A DNA stretch of 64,000 bases, taken from positions 214,436-278,435 of the IMG/VR virus record IMGVR_UViG_3300044641_009805, one strand, 5' to 3'. The notes beneath the pieces were generated by a model. The model worked only from the letters and a program-made list of their open reading frames with translations, made no database searches and had not been told where the DNA came from. The first letter of the stretch is position 1, and every line of letters begins with the position of its first letter. A program made the position numbers and the translations under genes. Shown here in pieces: positions 18,982 to 27,924 of this stretch.

Positions 18982-19507
18982 CATGCATACTGTCGTAATT
19001 TTTGAAGGATGTGATAAAGTTGGTAAGACTGAAATGGCTCGTGAGCTTTCGCGACGAATGGAGATTCCATATTTCAAGAATAAATCAGAATGGAAAGCGT
19101 TTAGCTCAGATCCAGATTATTTCGTGAAGGCTCTTCGATACGGAGACCCTTACTTCTACACTTTTCTTCGAGACACCAAGACGTCTGTTATTCTTGATCG
19201 ATCGTACCCTTCAGAGTGGGTGTATTCAAGAGTTTACGATAGAAAGACCGATCATGATGCTCTGTCTCATATTGATTTTCTTGCAGCTTCTTTTGGCGTT
19301 AAGATAGTCATTCCGTATAGGACTTCTTATTCTGGTCTAAAAGACGATATTCATAACATAGGCGAATATCATCTACAAAAATTGTCAGACATGTATGAAG
19401 AATTTGCAAAGTGGACCAAATGTGACGTACTACGCTTTTGCATTGATTCTGAAAACCTAGAATGGGAAATGGAGACCATTCGTAAATTCTTGAAAAAGGA
19501 GGCATGA
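18974..19507 (+). CDS. Second dNMP kinase (thymidylate kinase-like), probably for a modified nucleotide
   Basis: FEGCDKVGKT P-loop, ILDRSYPSEWVY; coupled between dnaE and glycosyltransferase. Confidence 0.75.
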   Translation: MNNMHTVVIFEGCDKVGKTEMARELSRRMEIPYFKNKSEWKAFSSDPDYFVKALRYGDPYFYTFLRDTKTSVILDRSYPSEWVYSRVYDRKTDHDALSHIDFLAASFGVKIVIPYRTSYSGLKDDIHNIGEYHLQKLSDMYEEFAKWTKCDVLRFCIDSENLEWEMETIRKFLKKEA

Positions 19508-20532
19508 TGCGCATCGGAATTAGTTATTGGGGTTTTTGTGAGCCTTTTGGAGCATCAGGAGAAGCAAAAACGCCTGATGGTCATCGGTATGGTCGTCCTA
19601 TTTTTGTGAACGCAGCTGTCGCATCAGGACATCAGATTTATGCGTTACAAAAGCGTAGAGAAGTTGTGCCATATAAAAACATCAATTATGATGAGGGATT
19701 TCCTGACATAGATGTTTTATTTGTTGAGTGGCGATGGCCAACTTATAAAAATTCAGGAGAAAATCCTGCCGAACCTGATCTGCTCAGGCAAAATGAGCTT
19801 CTTCGGCACTATCACGGAAAGATTCCTGTCGTTATTTGGGATTGTGATTATAAGGTGACACCAGAAGATGAGCTAGCATGGCCTAAAGCTATAATTGCAG
19901 ATCCCGCATTTGAACCAAGATATTTGACCAGAAAAAGAGAAAGATTGATGTTTTGGACAGATTGGCAATTTTTGCTGCAACCGTCCAACGTGTCTTTTGA
20001 ATATGGCTATGTGGGAAACAATTATGAAAGACCAGAAGCATTTTATCAGTACTATTCCTCACCATCAAGAGAGCTAAGAAATCTGGGAATACAGACGACG
20101 GTTCATGGTAATTGGTTAGAAGTTTCTCCTGAGAGAGAACATCCTACATCATTGATAAAACAGCATCCCTTCGTTTCATTCGCTCAACGCTTGAATTTTC
20201 ATGATTCAATGAAAAGGTTGAATTCTTTTATCTGCGCAACACACATAACCAAGCCAGAATACGCCAAACGTGGGTTTGCGTCTCCTCGTTACTTAGAAAA
20301 TATGGCTGTGGGCACGCCTGCTTTGGTCCCATCAGAGTTTTTGATCCCAAACTTATTAGGAAGTGAGTGGACAGTATCGACGTCAGAACAAGTAATTGCT
20401 CAAGTTAAATACATCAGCAAACTTTCTTATGAATTCAGGGTTTCTTTAGTCAAAGAACAAATGACGATTTTGAAAAATAAGAATGTATTTTCTGTAAGCG
20501 ACGTAATAGATTTCTTGGAGACACTCGTATGA
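19504..20532 (+). CDS. GT-B glycosyltransferase resembling T4 DNA beta-glucosyltransferase
   Basis: GYVGN, VHGNW, ICATHITKPEYAKRGFASPRYLENMAVGTPALVPSEF parallels the recalled BGT C-terminal domain. Confidence 0.65.
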   Translation: MMRIGISYWGFCEPFGASGEAKTPDGHRYGRPIFVNAAVASGHQIYALQKRREVVPYKNINYDEGFPDIDVLFVEWRWPTYKNSGENPAEPDLLRQNELLRHYHGKIPVVIWDCDYKVTPEDELAWPKAIIADPAFEPRYLTRKRERLMFWTDWQFLLQPSNVSFEYGYVGNNYERPEAFYQYYSSPSRELRNLGIQTTVHGNWLEVSPEREHPTSLIKQHPFVSFAQRLNFHDSMKRLNSFICATHITKPEYAKRGFASPRYLENMAVGTPALVPSEFLIPNLLGSEWTVSTSEQVIAQVKYISKLSYEFRVSLVKEQMTILKNKNVFSVSDVIDFLETLV

Positions 20533-21530
20533 TGAAAAAAGATAAGGTTCTAATCACAGGCGTAGCTGGACTTCTTGGGGCAAATTTTTCTAGATATCTG
20601 TTGTCCAGAGGTTATGATGTCGTTGGGATTGATGATTTAAGCGGCGGATATCTAGATTCTGTTCCAAAAGAAATGACATTCTACGACGTAGACTTGGTAG
20701 ATCGTCATAAAACAGAAGAGGTATTTGCAAAAGAAAAACCTGATTATGTTTTCCATTTTGCTGCGTACGCAGCAGAAGGATTGAGTCCTTTCATTAGAAA
20801 TTACAACTACACAAACAACGTGTTAGCTTCCGCTAATGTAATTAATGCTTGTGTAAATCATGATATCAAAAAGATTGTTTTTACCTCATCGATGGCGGTA
20901 TATGGAGTAGGCAATCCACCCTTTACAGAAGATCAGCTACCAACCCCAGAGGATCCTTACGGTATTGCGAAATATGCAGTAGAGATGGATCTCAAACTTG
21001 CACATGAAATGTTTGGACTAAGATACAGCATTGTTCGCCCGCACAACGTTGTTGGCATTTATCAAAATATTTGGGATAGGTATCGAAACGTTATAGGCAT
21101 TTGGATTCGTAAAGCTCTTGTTGGAGAACCGCTGACTATCTTTGGAGACGGTACACAAAAACGTGCTTTTTCAGACATCAAGTTCTATATGGCTCCTTTT
21201 GAAAAGCTTATGACGTCTTTTGACGGTGAAACTTTCAACATAGGAGCTGATAAAGATTTCACAATTAACGAAGCTTGCGATCTCGTGATGGACGTTGCAG
21301 CTGAGCTTGGAGTTAAAGCGACCAAGGTTCATTTAGAAAAACGCAATGAAGTGCACACTGCATACTGCGATCACAGTAAAGCTCATAAGCTGTTAGGGTT
21401 TAAAGATGAAACTAATCTTAGAGATATGATTAAAGAAATGTTTGTCTGGGCTATGAAGCAGCCTGATAGACAAATAAAGAACATGGATTATGAGATTGAA
21501 AAGAACATGTACTCTTTTTGGAAGAAATGA
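20529..21530 (+). CDS. NAD-dependent NDP-sugar epimerase/dehydratase (extended SDR)
   Basis: ITGVAGLLG, HFAA, TSSMAVYG, PYGIAK (YxxxK), RPHNVVG, GDGTQKRAF. Confidence 0.92.
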   Translation: MMKKDKVLITGVAGLLGANFSRYLLSRGYDVVGIDDLSGGYLDSVPKEMTFYDVDLVDRHKTEEVFAKEKPDYVFHFAAYAAEGLSPFIRNYNYTNNVLASANVINACVNHDIKKIVFTSSMAVYGVGNPPFTEDQLPTPEDPYGIAKYAVEMDLKLAHEMFGLRYSIVRPHNVVGIYQNIWDRYRNVIGIWIRKALVGEPLTIFGDGTQKRAFSDIKFYMAPFEKLMTSFDGETFNIGADKDFTINEACDLVMDVAAELGVKATKVHLEKRNEVHTAYCDHSKAHKLLGFKDETNLRDMIKEMFVWAMKQPDRQIKNMDYEIEKNMYSFWKK

Positions 21531-22315
21531 TTATGACTTTTCCTGAAAAATTAGCTGATAGAGAAAAATACATTTTTGATCAAGTTTTAGCTGGCAATTT
21601 TGATGCAGAATGGGTTCCTCTCGAATTTTCTTCAGGAGGAAGAACCATTAAATTCAATGTGATGAATGATGCATTGAAAATTGACGGCATAAGAGTTAAT
21701 GTATCTGCAGAACTTCAGCAAAAGTTAGCAGATGTATTTAATGCGTCTTTATTGACAACACATATCGCTGACTTAATGTTTATCAATGCCACGCACCGAG
21801 TAGAGCCCTGTCCTATGACGATATCTTCGACAGTCGATTCTATGATTAAACACAGCAAAATGGTCGATGGAAAAGTTGGGTTTAATGTGACAGGATTAGT
21901 AGCTTCTCCTGGAAAGCATTGGATTTTAGATAAGAAACTAGACTTAAATCCTAGAAGAGCTTGTAACTATGGGTGGCATTTCGTTGGTACGAACTACAAG
22001 GGTATAAAAGGTCACCCAACTGGATCTAAGCAGAACAAGCTAAATGGATCGACGATGTCAGTGATCCAGCCGAATGCAACTGCCCATGATATGAAACATT
22101 CTGATTATTCTCAAATTTGTCAGCTTGTTTCTCAAGCTTGTTGGATCGACGGTGTCATACACCGTTTATCTGACGTTCTGCAAGATCCAACGAATTGTGA
22201 TCTTGCTACCGCTAATGGTCCTTTAAGTTTTGTTAGACAACCTGGTACGTCTCCTTTTGTCGGAACTTCTGTTATGTTTCCTGTAAAAATTACTTCGCAA
22301 GGAGGAATTGTATGA
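21527..22315 (+). CDS. Hypothetical protein
   Basis: Long ORF coupled by ATGA overlap; NYGWH, HSDYSQ conserved-looking blocks. Confidence 0.75.
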   Translation: MIMTFPEKLADREKYIFDQVLAGNFDAEWVPLEFSSGGRTIKFNVMNDALKIDGIRVNVSAELQQKLADVFNASLLTTHIADLMFINATHRVEPCPMTISSTVDSMIKHSKMVDGKVGFNVTGLVASPGKHWILDKKLDLNPRRACNYGWHFVGTNYKGIKGHPTGSKQNKLNGSTMSVIQPNATAHDMKHSDYSQICQLVSQACWIDGVIHRLSDVLQDPTNCDLATANGPLSFVRQPGTSPFVGTSVMFPVKITSQGGIV

Positions 22316-22500
22316 CGTATGAATACGAATGCAAAGCTTGCAATCATCAGTTTGAAGCGGAACAATCAATCAAAGATCCACCATTAACAAACTGCCCTCG
22401 TTGTAAGACTGACTTTTTAAGAAGGCTTATAAGCAAATCAACATTTGTTTTGAAGGGCTCTGGGTGGGCTGCTGATAACTATTCTTCAAAATCTTCTTAG
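22312..22500 (+). CDS. FmdB-family zinc-ribbon protein
   Basis: YEYECKACNHQFE..CPRC..RLIS..FVLKGSGW. Confidence 0.85.
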   Translation: MTYEYECKACNHQFEAEQSIKDPPLTNCPRCKTDFLRRLISKSTFVLKGSGWAADNYSSKSS

Positions 22501-23225
22501 TAAGTAGGTAGCGTGTGTTGTCTCAGCGGACAATCACTTTTGTTGCGAGATGATCTAGAAGCAGGATGCCCAGGTTTCAAGAGGTTGTGTAAGTCTTCTC
22601 CTTCTTTGCTAGCAAAGACTGATTTGACTTCGCCTGTTTCACTATTAAAGATAATAGTATACCCGCCTCTGGACATATCTAGAGGCTTTTTTATAGTGTT
22701 CATATAATCGAACCTACCTGCTTTACTCATCTCCCTATCAAACCAAGCTTCAAGCACAAAGTTAGAGACAGAAACGGGCGTGCCATTGACATCAATCTCA
22801 TACGAGTCTCCTTGAACGGGGTCGCACAATTCCAATGCTACGAAAGTATGATCTCCTCTATTCGACCAAAGATTGACGTAGGGATTGTAGAATGTTTCAA
22901 GTATTTCGTGAGATAGGACGACCGAAACAGCGTGAGTTCCCTTCAACGTAGTTCCGCCATGCTTCAATAACGGGTCCGTAAAAACTCTACACCAAACTCT
23001 TCCGTCAGGATCTTGCGTATGGTATCCAAGAGCACCAGCAACATCTGGAGAGTTAATAAGAACAACGGGGAATCCATCATTACCACCTACCTTTATCTCC
23101 CATGGCATCCTTTCCAGGAGCGGGGCTGCTTGTTGCGTTAACTGTATTTTGCAGGCTTCAACCATGAGGTTCAAATCTGCTTCGGAAACGTTGGTCGATT
23201 TATTGATGACATTAAACGTTCTCAT
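22497..23225 (-). CDS. Hypothetical protein, possible zincin-like peptidase
   Basis: GYHT, LSHEILE, ELCDPVQ..VSNFV. Confidence 0.7.
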   Translation of the reverse strand: MRTFNVINKSTNVSEADLNLMVEACKIQLTQQAAPLLERMPWEIKVGGNDGFPVVLINSPDVAGALGYHTQDPDGRVWCRVFTDPLLKHGGTTLKGTHAVSVVLSHEILETFYNPYVNLWSNRGDHTFVALELCDPVQGDSYEIDVNGTPVSVSNFVLEAWFDREMSKAGRFDYMNTIKKPLDMSRGGYTIIFNSETGEVKSVFASKEGEDLHNLLKPGHPASRSSRNKSDCPLRQHTLPTY

Positions 23226-23230
23226 AATTG

Positions 23231-23238
23231 TAAATATG
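23231..23238 (-). promoter_or_regulatory. TATANTTA-like box
   Basis: CATATTTA-N5-ATG(23225). Confidence 0.45.
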
Positions 23239-23277
23239 AAACAAGCTTGTTTATAATTTAAAAAGGTGTATAATCAT

Positions 23278-24246
23278 ATGAGAATTTTATTGACGGGTGG
23301 TGCGGGCTTCATAGGCAGTAACGTCGCAAAAAGGTTGTTGGCAGAAAATATAGAGTTTGACATCGTTGACGATCTATCGAACGGTCACATGTCGTTTGTT
23401 GATCCTTCGCTGCTGGATCGTAACATTACGATTGCCAGCTTCGACTCCGAAACAATCTTAGCAAAGATAAGGTCTGGATTGTACGATGTTGTTATACACT
23501 TGGCGGCCGTCCCGCGTGTGAGTTATTCCGTCGATTTTCCCCTTGAGTCTCACAACGCAAACGTGACAGCAACAATGAAATTGATTGATGCTTGTCGAGG
23601 AAAGATTAAACGTTTTGTCTTTGCATCCTCGTCCTCTGTTTATGGAGGTGCTGACCAGCTACCAACTCCTCCTGATACCGCAAAGAATCCTAAATCACCT
23701 TACGCTTTGCAAAAATCTATAATTGAAGATTATTTGAAGATGTATTACGATCTTTATGGGTTCGATTCAGTCAGCCTAAGGTTCTTTAACGTCTTTGGTC
23801 CAAATCAATTAGGAAATTCTCCTTATTCCACAGCGGTTTCTGCGTGGGTTAATGCAATTATGAAGGGGACTTCGATGCGTTCTGACGGAGACGGAACGCA
23901 ATCTCGCGACATGTGTTATGTTGATAATGTTGCCGATGCATGCGTAAGAGCAGCAAAGGCAAATTTCCCATTAAAGTCTGAAACTTTAAATGTGGCTTGT
24001 GGCGACAGGACAACAAATAGAGAAATTTTGCAATTTTTGTTGAAAAAATTTCCTGATGCGAAATACCATGATGCTCCTTGGAGACCTGGCGATGTCATGC
24101 ACACTCAAGCTGATATTTCTAGGACAAAAGAAGTTTTAGGTTACACTCCCCTGGTGTATTTTTGGGAAGGATTGGAAAAAACAATCCAGTGGTATCAGGA
24201 CAATTGGGAACTAATTAAAACGTTGAGTGATAAAGAGAATATATGA
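23278..24246 (+). CDS. NAD-dependent NDP-sugar 4-epimerase (WbpP/GalE-like extended SDR)
   Basis: LTGGAGFIGS, HLAA, ASSSSVYG, SPYALQK, LRFFNVFGP, GDGTQSRD. Confidence 0.92.
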   Translation: MRILLTGGAGFIGSNVAKRLLAENIEFDIVDDLSNGHMSFVDPSLLDRNITIASFDSETILAKIRSGLYDVVIHLAAVPRVSYSVDFPLESHNANVTATMKLIDACRGKIKRFVFASSSSVYGGADQLPTPPDTAKNPKSPYALQKSIIEDYLKMYYDLYGFDSVSLRFFNVFGPNQLGNSPYSTAVSAWVNAIMKGTSMRSDGDGTQSRDMCYVDNVADACVRAAKANFPLKSETLNVACGDRTTNREILQFLLKKFPDAKYHDAPWRPGDVMHTQADISRTKEVLGYTPLVYFWEGLEKTIQWYQDNWELIKTLSDKENI

Positions 24247-25241
24247 AAGTTTTTTCTAGCTTCACTGAAGCCTACTATGATCTGCTTCTAGACGTCTACA
24301 AGCATCCTGACTTTGTTTCTTCTCCTCGAGGGCAGAAGATCAGAGAAAAGTTGGGCGTATCATTCAGGATTTCTAATCCTCTTGATAGATTACCGTATGT
24401 AGAGCAAAGAGACTTTAGCTTATCATATTTTGTTGCAGAGTCTTTGTGGTATCTTTCTGGAAACGATTCCACTGAATGGATATCGAATTATTCTTCTTTT
24501 TGGAAGAACATTTCTGATGATGGCACTACAGCTAACAGCGCTTACGGCGCCAGGATTTTTAATCCTCATTCAAGAATTGCTGGTCAAATCGATCCTTCTT
24601 GGACACAATGGGATTACATCTTGAATGAACTGACGACAGATCCAGATTCTCGCCGAGCCGTCGTTCATATTAGATCTCCTCAGGATTCTATCCTAGCCTC
24701 AAAGGACGTTCCTTGCACTTTGTCTTTGCAGTTTTTTTTGCGTAACGATCAGGTTCACATGATAGTCTCTATGAGATCATCTGATCTCATCTTAGGAATT
24801 GCGTATGATGTTCCTGCATTCACGTTGTTTCAAGAGTTGTTGGCTAATCAATTATCGGATAGGCTGAACAGGTCTATAAGCGTTGGTGAGTATACTCACG
24901 TAAGCAATTCTTTGCATATTTATGAAAAGCATTTTGGAATGGTAGAAGAAATTCTAAAAAAACGAGAGTTTTTTAGTTTAGAAATGCCGAAGCTACCAAA
25001 GGGTAAACTACCTTTAGAATATATTTTGGAGCAAGAATCCAAGTGCAGAAATTGTCAGACTATTGATGAATTAAAACAGTTGGCTTCTAATCTCAATGCT
25101 GGTTCTGAATATTGGAATGATTGGTGCAAGATTTTAATTTCGCATAGAGCAAATAAGTTAAAAGGTGTTGATTCTGAAAACTTTAAGTTAGTCCTCTTGA
25201 AATCAACGGAATTTAACGGCTATAAATTTTTTAACAAATAA
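24243..25241 (+). CDS. Thymidylate synthase homolog of dCMP-modifying type (dCMP hydroxymethylase-like)
   Basis: SRRAV, DVPC (catalytic Cys), MRSSDLILGIAYD with Asp at the Asn177-equivalent site, SLHIYE; ThyX already present. Confidence 0.8.
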   Translation: MKVFSSFTEAYYDLLLDVYKHPDFVSSPRGQKIREKLGVSFRISNPLDRLPYVEQRDFSLSYFVAESLWYLSGNDSTEWISNYSSFWKNISDDGTTANSAYGARIFNPHSRIAGQIDPSWTQWDYILNELTTDPDSRRAVVHIRSPQDSILASKDVPCTLSLQFFLRNDQVHMIVSMRSSDLILGIAYDVPAFTLFQELLANQLSDRLNRSISVGEYTHVSNSLHIYEKHFGMVEEILKKREFFSLEMPKLPKGKLPLEYILEQESKCRNCQTIDELKQLASNLNAGSEYWNDWCKILISHRANKLKGVDSENFKLVLLKSTEFNGYKFFNK

Positions 25242-25247
25242 GGTGTT

Positions 25248-25811
25248 ATGTCAAATCCTCAATTCATACTCTATACGGGTCCAATGTTTTCTAGCAAAAC
25301 AACCGGACTGCTGTCTTCAATAGATCGTTTTAAATACCAAAACAAACGAGTAGCTGTGTTTAAGCCGCGCTTAGATGATAGATACAGTGAAGAGTATATT
25401 TGTACTCATAGCGGGTGGAAAGTACCTGCCATTTGCATAAAAGAAGGAACCGACATACTTGAAAAATTGTCAGAGATGAATGAAAATCCTCATGTCGTGG
25501 CTGTTGATGAAGCATTCATGATACCAGGTATTTCGAAAGTTTTAGTCTGGCTTTATAGAAGTGGATATTCGATAGTGGTATCGTCATTAGATCTATCAGC
25601 CAGCGGAAAACCGTTCAATGAAATTGAAAAAATGCTGCCTTGGGCAACCCAGGTGGAAAAACGGACGGCGGTCTGTACAGTCTGCAGCAAAGATGCTCAT
25701 TACACATACAAAAAGCAGATTGGAGGAAATGAAATAGAGGTCGGCGGAGCTGAACTTTATGAACCAAGATGTTTAAAGTGTCATCCAGTAATATTTGATC
25801 CGGCTAGCTGA
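25248..25811 (+). CDS. tdk: Thymidine kinase (type II)
   Basis: GPMFSSKT, FKPRLDDRY, VDEAF, CTVC..YEPRCLKC. Confidence 0.92.
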   Translation: MSNPQFILYTGPMFSSKTTGLLSSIDRFKYQNKRVAVFKPRLDDRYSEEYICTHSGWKVPAICIKEGTDILEKLSEMNENPHVVAVDEAFMIPGISKVLVWLYRSGYSIVVSSLDLSASGKPFNEIEKMLPWATQVEKRTAVCTVCSKDAHYTYKKQIGGNEIEVGGAELYEPRCLKCHPVIFDPAS

Positions 25812-25812
25812 A

Positions 25813-26253
25813 ATGATTGATAGGAAAAAATTAAAGCTTTCTGTTTTCATGCAAATGTGCAGGGACCTGTCTGTTCTTTCATATGATCCGAAATACAAGG
25901 TAGCTTCAATTATTATCACTCCAGACTTTAGAGAAGTTTGTGCTATCGGGTATAACGGAGGATACAAAGGCGGGCCTAACGAGAGAAGTTCTTTAGACCA
26001 CGGTAACTCAGGATTTCTCCATGCCGAAGAAAATGCTCTTTTTCATCTTTGCAAGCCTTATGAACTTCGATCTGGACTAATCATGCTATGTACTCATAAG
26101 CCTTGCTCAATGTGTGCCCGTCGCATCGTGAATAGTGGAATTCAAAATGTTGTCTATGAAGTCGATTATTTAGATAAAGAGTCTGCTACAGATGAGATAT
26201 TCAAGAATAGCAATACTTCTTGTAAAAAGTATGAAGATATAATTTCTTTATAA
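25813..26253 (+). CDS. dCMP deaminase
   Basis: GYNG, HAEENA, PCSMC zinc-deaminase motifs. Confidence 0.9.
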   Translation: MIDRKKLKLSVFMQMCRDLSVLSYDPKYKVASIIITPDFREVCAIGYNGGYKGGPNERSSLDHGNSGFLHAEENALFHLCKPYELRSGLIMLCTHKPCSMCARRIVNSGIQNVVYEVDYLDKESATDEIFKNSNTSCKKYEDIISL

Positions 26254-26307
26254 ATTCCGAACGTGGACTAAACGGCATGATAATTACTATGTAGTTTGGG
26301 TAGATTC

Positions 26308-26652
26308 ATGAAAAAATTAACAGAAAAAGAAGTAGTAAGACTTTTACGAGAAGAGTGGAATAAAAAAATAGAGTCTTTCCTCCCTGAAAAAGACAAATTA
26401 GAAAAGAAAGACAAGAAAAAAGCTGACACTGATTTGTCTGTAGAATTTCCACTCAAAGGAGAAAAAGAGATTGTTATATCTCCTGAATTCAAGGTGAAAA
26501 GTAAAAAAGGAACGGGGCAGGGTCTTTTGTACACTGTTTCAAACGTGAATCCAACCAGCAAAACCATCACTTTAACTCACCAAAAAGAAGATGGCGTGGC
26601 AGAAACAACGGTAACTTTTGATGAATTTGTAAAAGAATTCGAGAGGCAGTAA
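26308..26652 (+). CDS. Hypothetical protein with EVVRLLREE motif
   Basis: ORF; motif variant near N-terminus. Confidence 0.7.
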   Translation: MKKLTEKEVVRLLREEWNKKIESFLPEKDKLEKKDKKKADTDLSVEFPLKGEKEIVISPEFKVKSKKGTGQGLLYTVSNVNPTSKTITLTHQKEDGVAETTVTFDEFVKEFERQ

Positions 26653-26656
26653 TCAA

Positions 26657-27385
26657 ATGAACAAGCTTATAGATCCTCAAAAAATAGACTCGTTATTAAA
26701 AAAAGCTGTTAAGGACAGCATCTCCAAAAAAGCGCCATCTATTGGTTTAACGCCTCAAGCAGATCAGATAAATGAATCTTACGTTGCTGAGCCCAAGGTT
26801 TTTAAACAAGTAACTGAGTTTGTTACTCAAAAAACCAAAGATGCTCATTATGATCTCTACAAGGGCTACGTCGAATCATTCAACAAAGTATCTGCTGAAC
26901 TCGACACTTCAAAACGTGGAGATGCTAACCCTCGTCACTCATCGTATAAATCTCTGAAAAAAGATGAGGTTTATAACCTAAACGCGATTTGGCTTCACGA
27001 GTTATACTTCTCGAATTGTTTCGACCCACATTCTGAGATCACGATGGACTCTTTGTCTTATTTACGATTGGAACGAGATTTCGGCACATTTGAAGACTGG
27101 CAAAGAGATTTCATAGCGTGTTCAAACTCAGCAGGAGTTGGTTGGGCTGTTTGCGGATATCACATGTTTTTGCAGCGATATGTGAATACTTTCGTCGGAA
27201 GTCATGATGCGAATGTCATGTTGGGTATATACCCAGTGATCGTTCTAGACGTTTGGGAACATGCTTATCGTGATTACTTGAACGACAAACAGAGCTATAT
27301 AGTTTCTCAAATGAGAGAAATTAATTGGAATGTGGTTGAAGAAAGAGTTAAGAAAGCCGAGCAAATTGCGCAGGTATTAAAATGA
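26657..27385 (+). CDS. Fe/Mn superoxide dismutase family protein with N-terminal extension
   Basis: AHYDLYKGY, LHELYF, FGTFEDW, GWA, LDVWEHAY, INWNVV. Confidence 0.88.
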   Translation: MNKLIDPQKIDSLLKKAVKDSISKKAPSIGLTPQADQINESYVAEPKVFKQVTEFVTQKTKDAHYDLYKGYVESFNKVSAELDTSKRGDANPRHSSYKSLKKDEVYNLNAIWLHELYFSNCFDPHSEITMDSLSYLRLERDFGTFEDWQRDFIACSNSAGVGWAVCGYHMFLQRYVNTFVGSHDANVMLGIYPVIVLDVWEHAYRDYLNDKQSYIVSQMREINWNVVEERVKKAEQIAQVLK

Positions 27386-27924
27386 AAATTCATTTAAAAG
27401 AGTTGAAAAAGATTATTAAAGATAGCGTATCTCATTTGCTCGAGGAGAAAAGCAAATCTTCTAAAGTAGAATCGGAAGACTCTTTAGACTCGCAAATAGA
27501 CTCTTACTTCGCCAAATATGAAAAAGAAGCGACCTCTGTTAAAAAAGAAGGATTTGATTTCAAAATCATGACGAGAAATTTTCTGTTAGAAGCAGAAGAT
27601 GACAAAGCAGGCAAAGATGATAAAGCTCAAGAAGCTCCATCTGATCTTACGATCGATGATATAGATCTAGAATCCTTTACAAACAGCGTAGTTCGTTTAA
27701 TTGATAACTACGATTCTCTTTTAGAGGTAAGAGACACTGTGGTTCGTAGAGCCGTAAATTTCTTATCAAAGAGTTATGATTCGAGCGTCATACAATCATT
27801 TAAAGAAATATTAGAAGAACAGTATGATATAGAAGTTGGCAAGAATCAATCAGAAGAAAAATTTTCGAAATTCCCAGCACCACCAGCCGATAGAGCTATG
27901 GGACCATCTGGAGGTGGTGCTTGA
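27382..27924 (+). CDS. Hypothetical protein with MKIHLKELKKIIKD motif
   Basis: ORF; motif variant. Confidence 0.75.
   Translation: MKIHLKELKKIIKDSVSHLLEEKSKSSKVESEDSLDSQIDSYFAKYEKEATSVKKEGFDFKIMTRNFLLEAEDDKAGKDDKAQEAPSDLTIDDIDLESFTNSVVRLIDNYDSLLEVRDTVVRRAVNFLSKSYDSSVIQSFKEILEEQYDIEVGKNQSEEKFSKFPAPPADRAMGPSGGGA

Noticed and set aside
20529-24246. Host LPS/capsule locus contamination
   Set aside because: The epimerases are translationally coupled to phage-type kinase, BGT-like and TS genes; no flippase, polymerase or export genes are present.
24243-25241. Plain thymidylate synthase (thyA) annotation
   Set aside because: Asp at the Asn177-equivalent site, presence of ThyX and the glycosyltransferase context argue for a dCMP-modifying enzyme.
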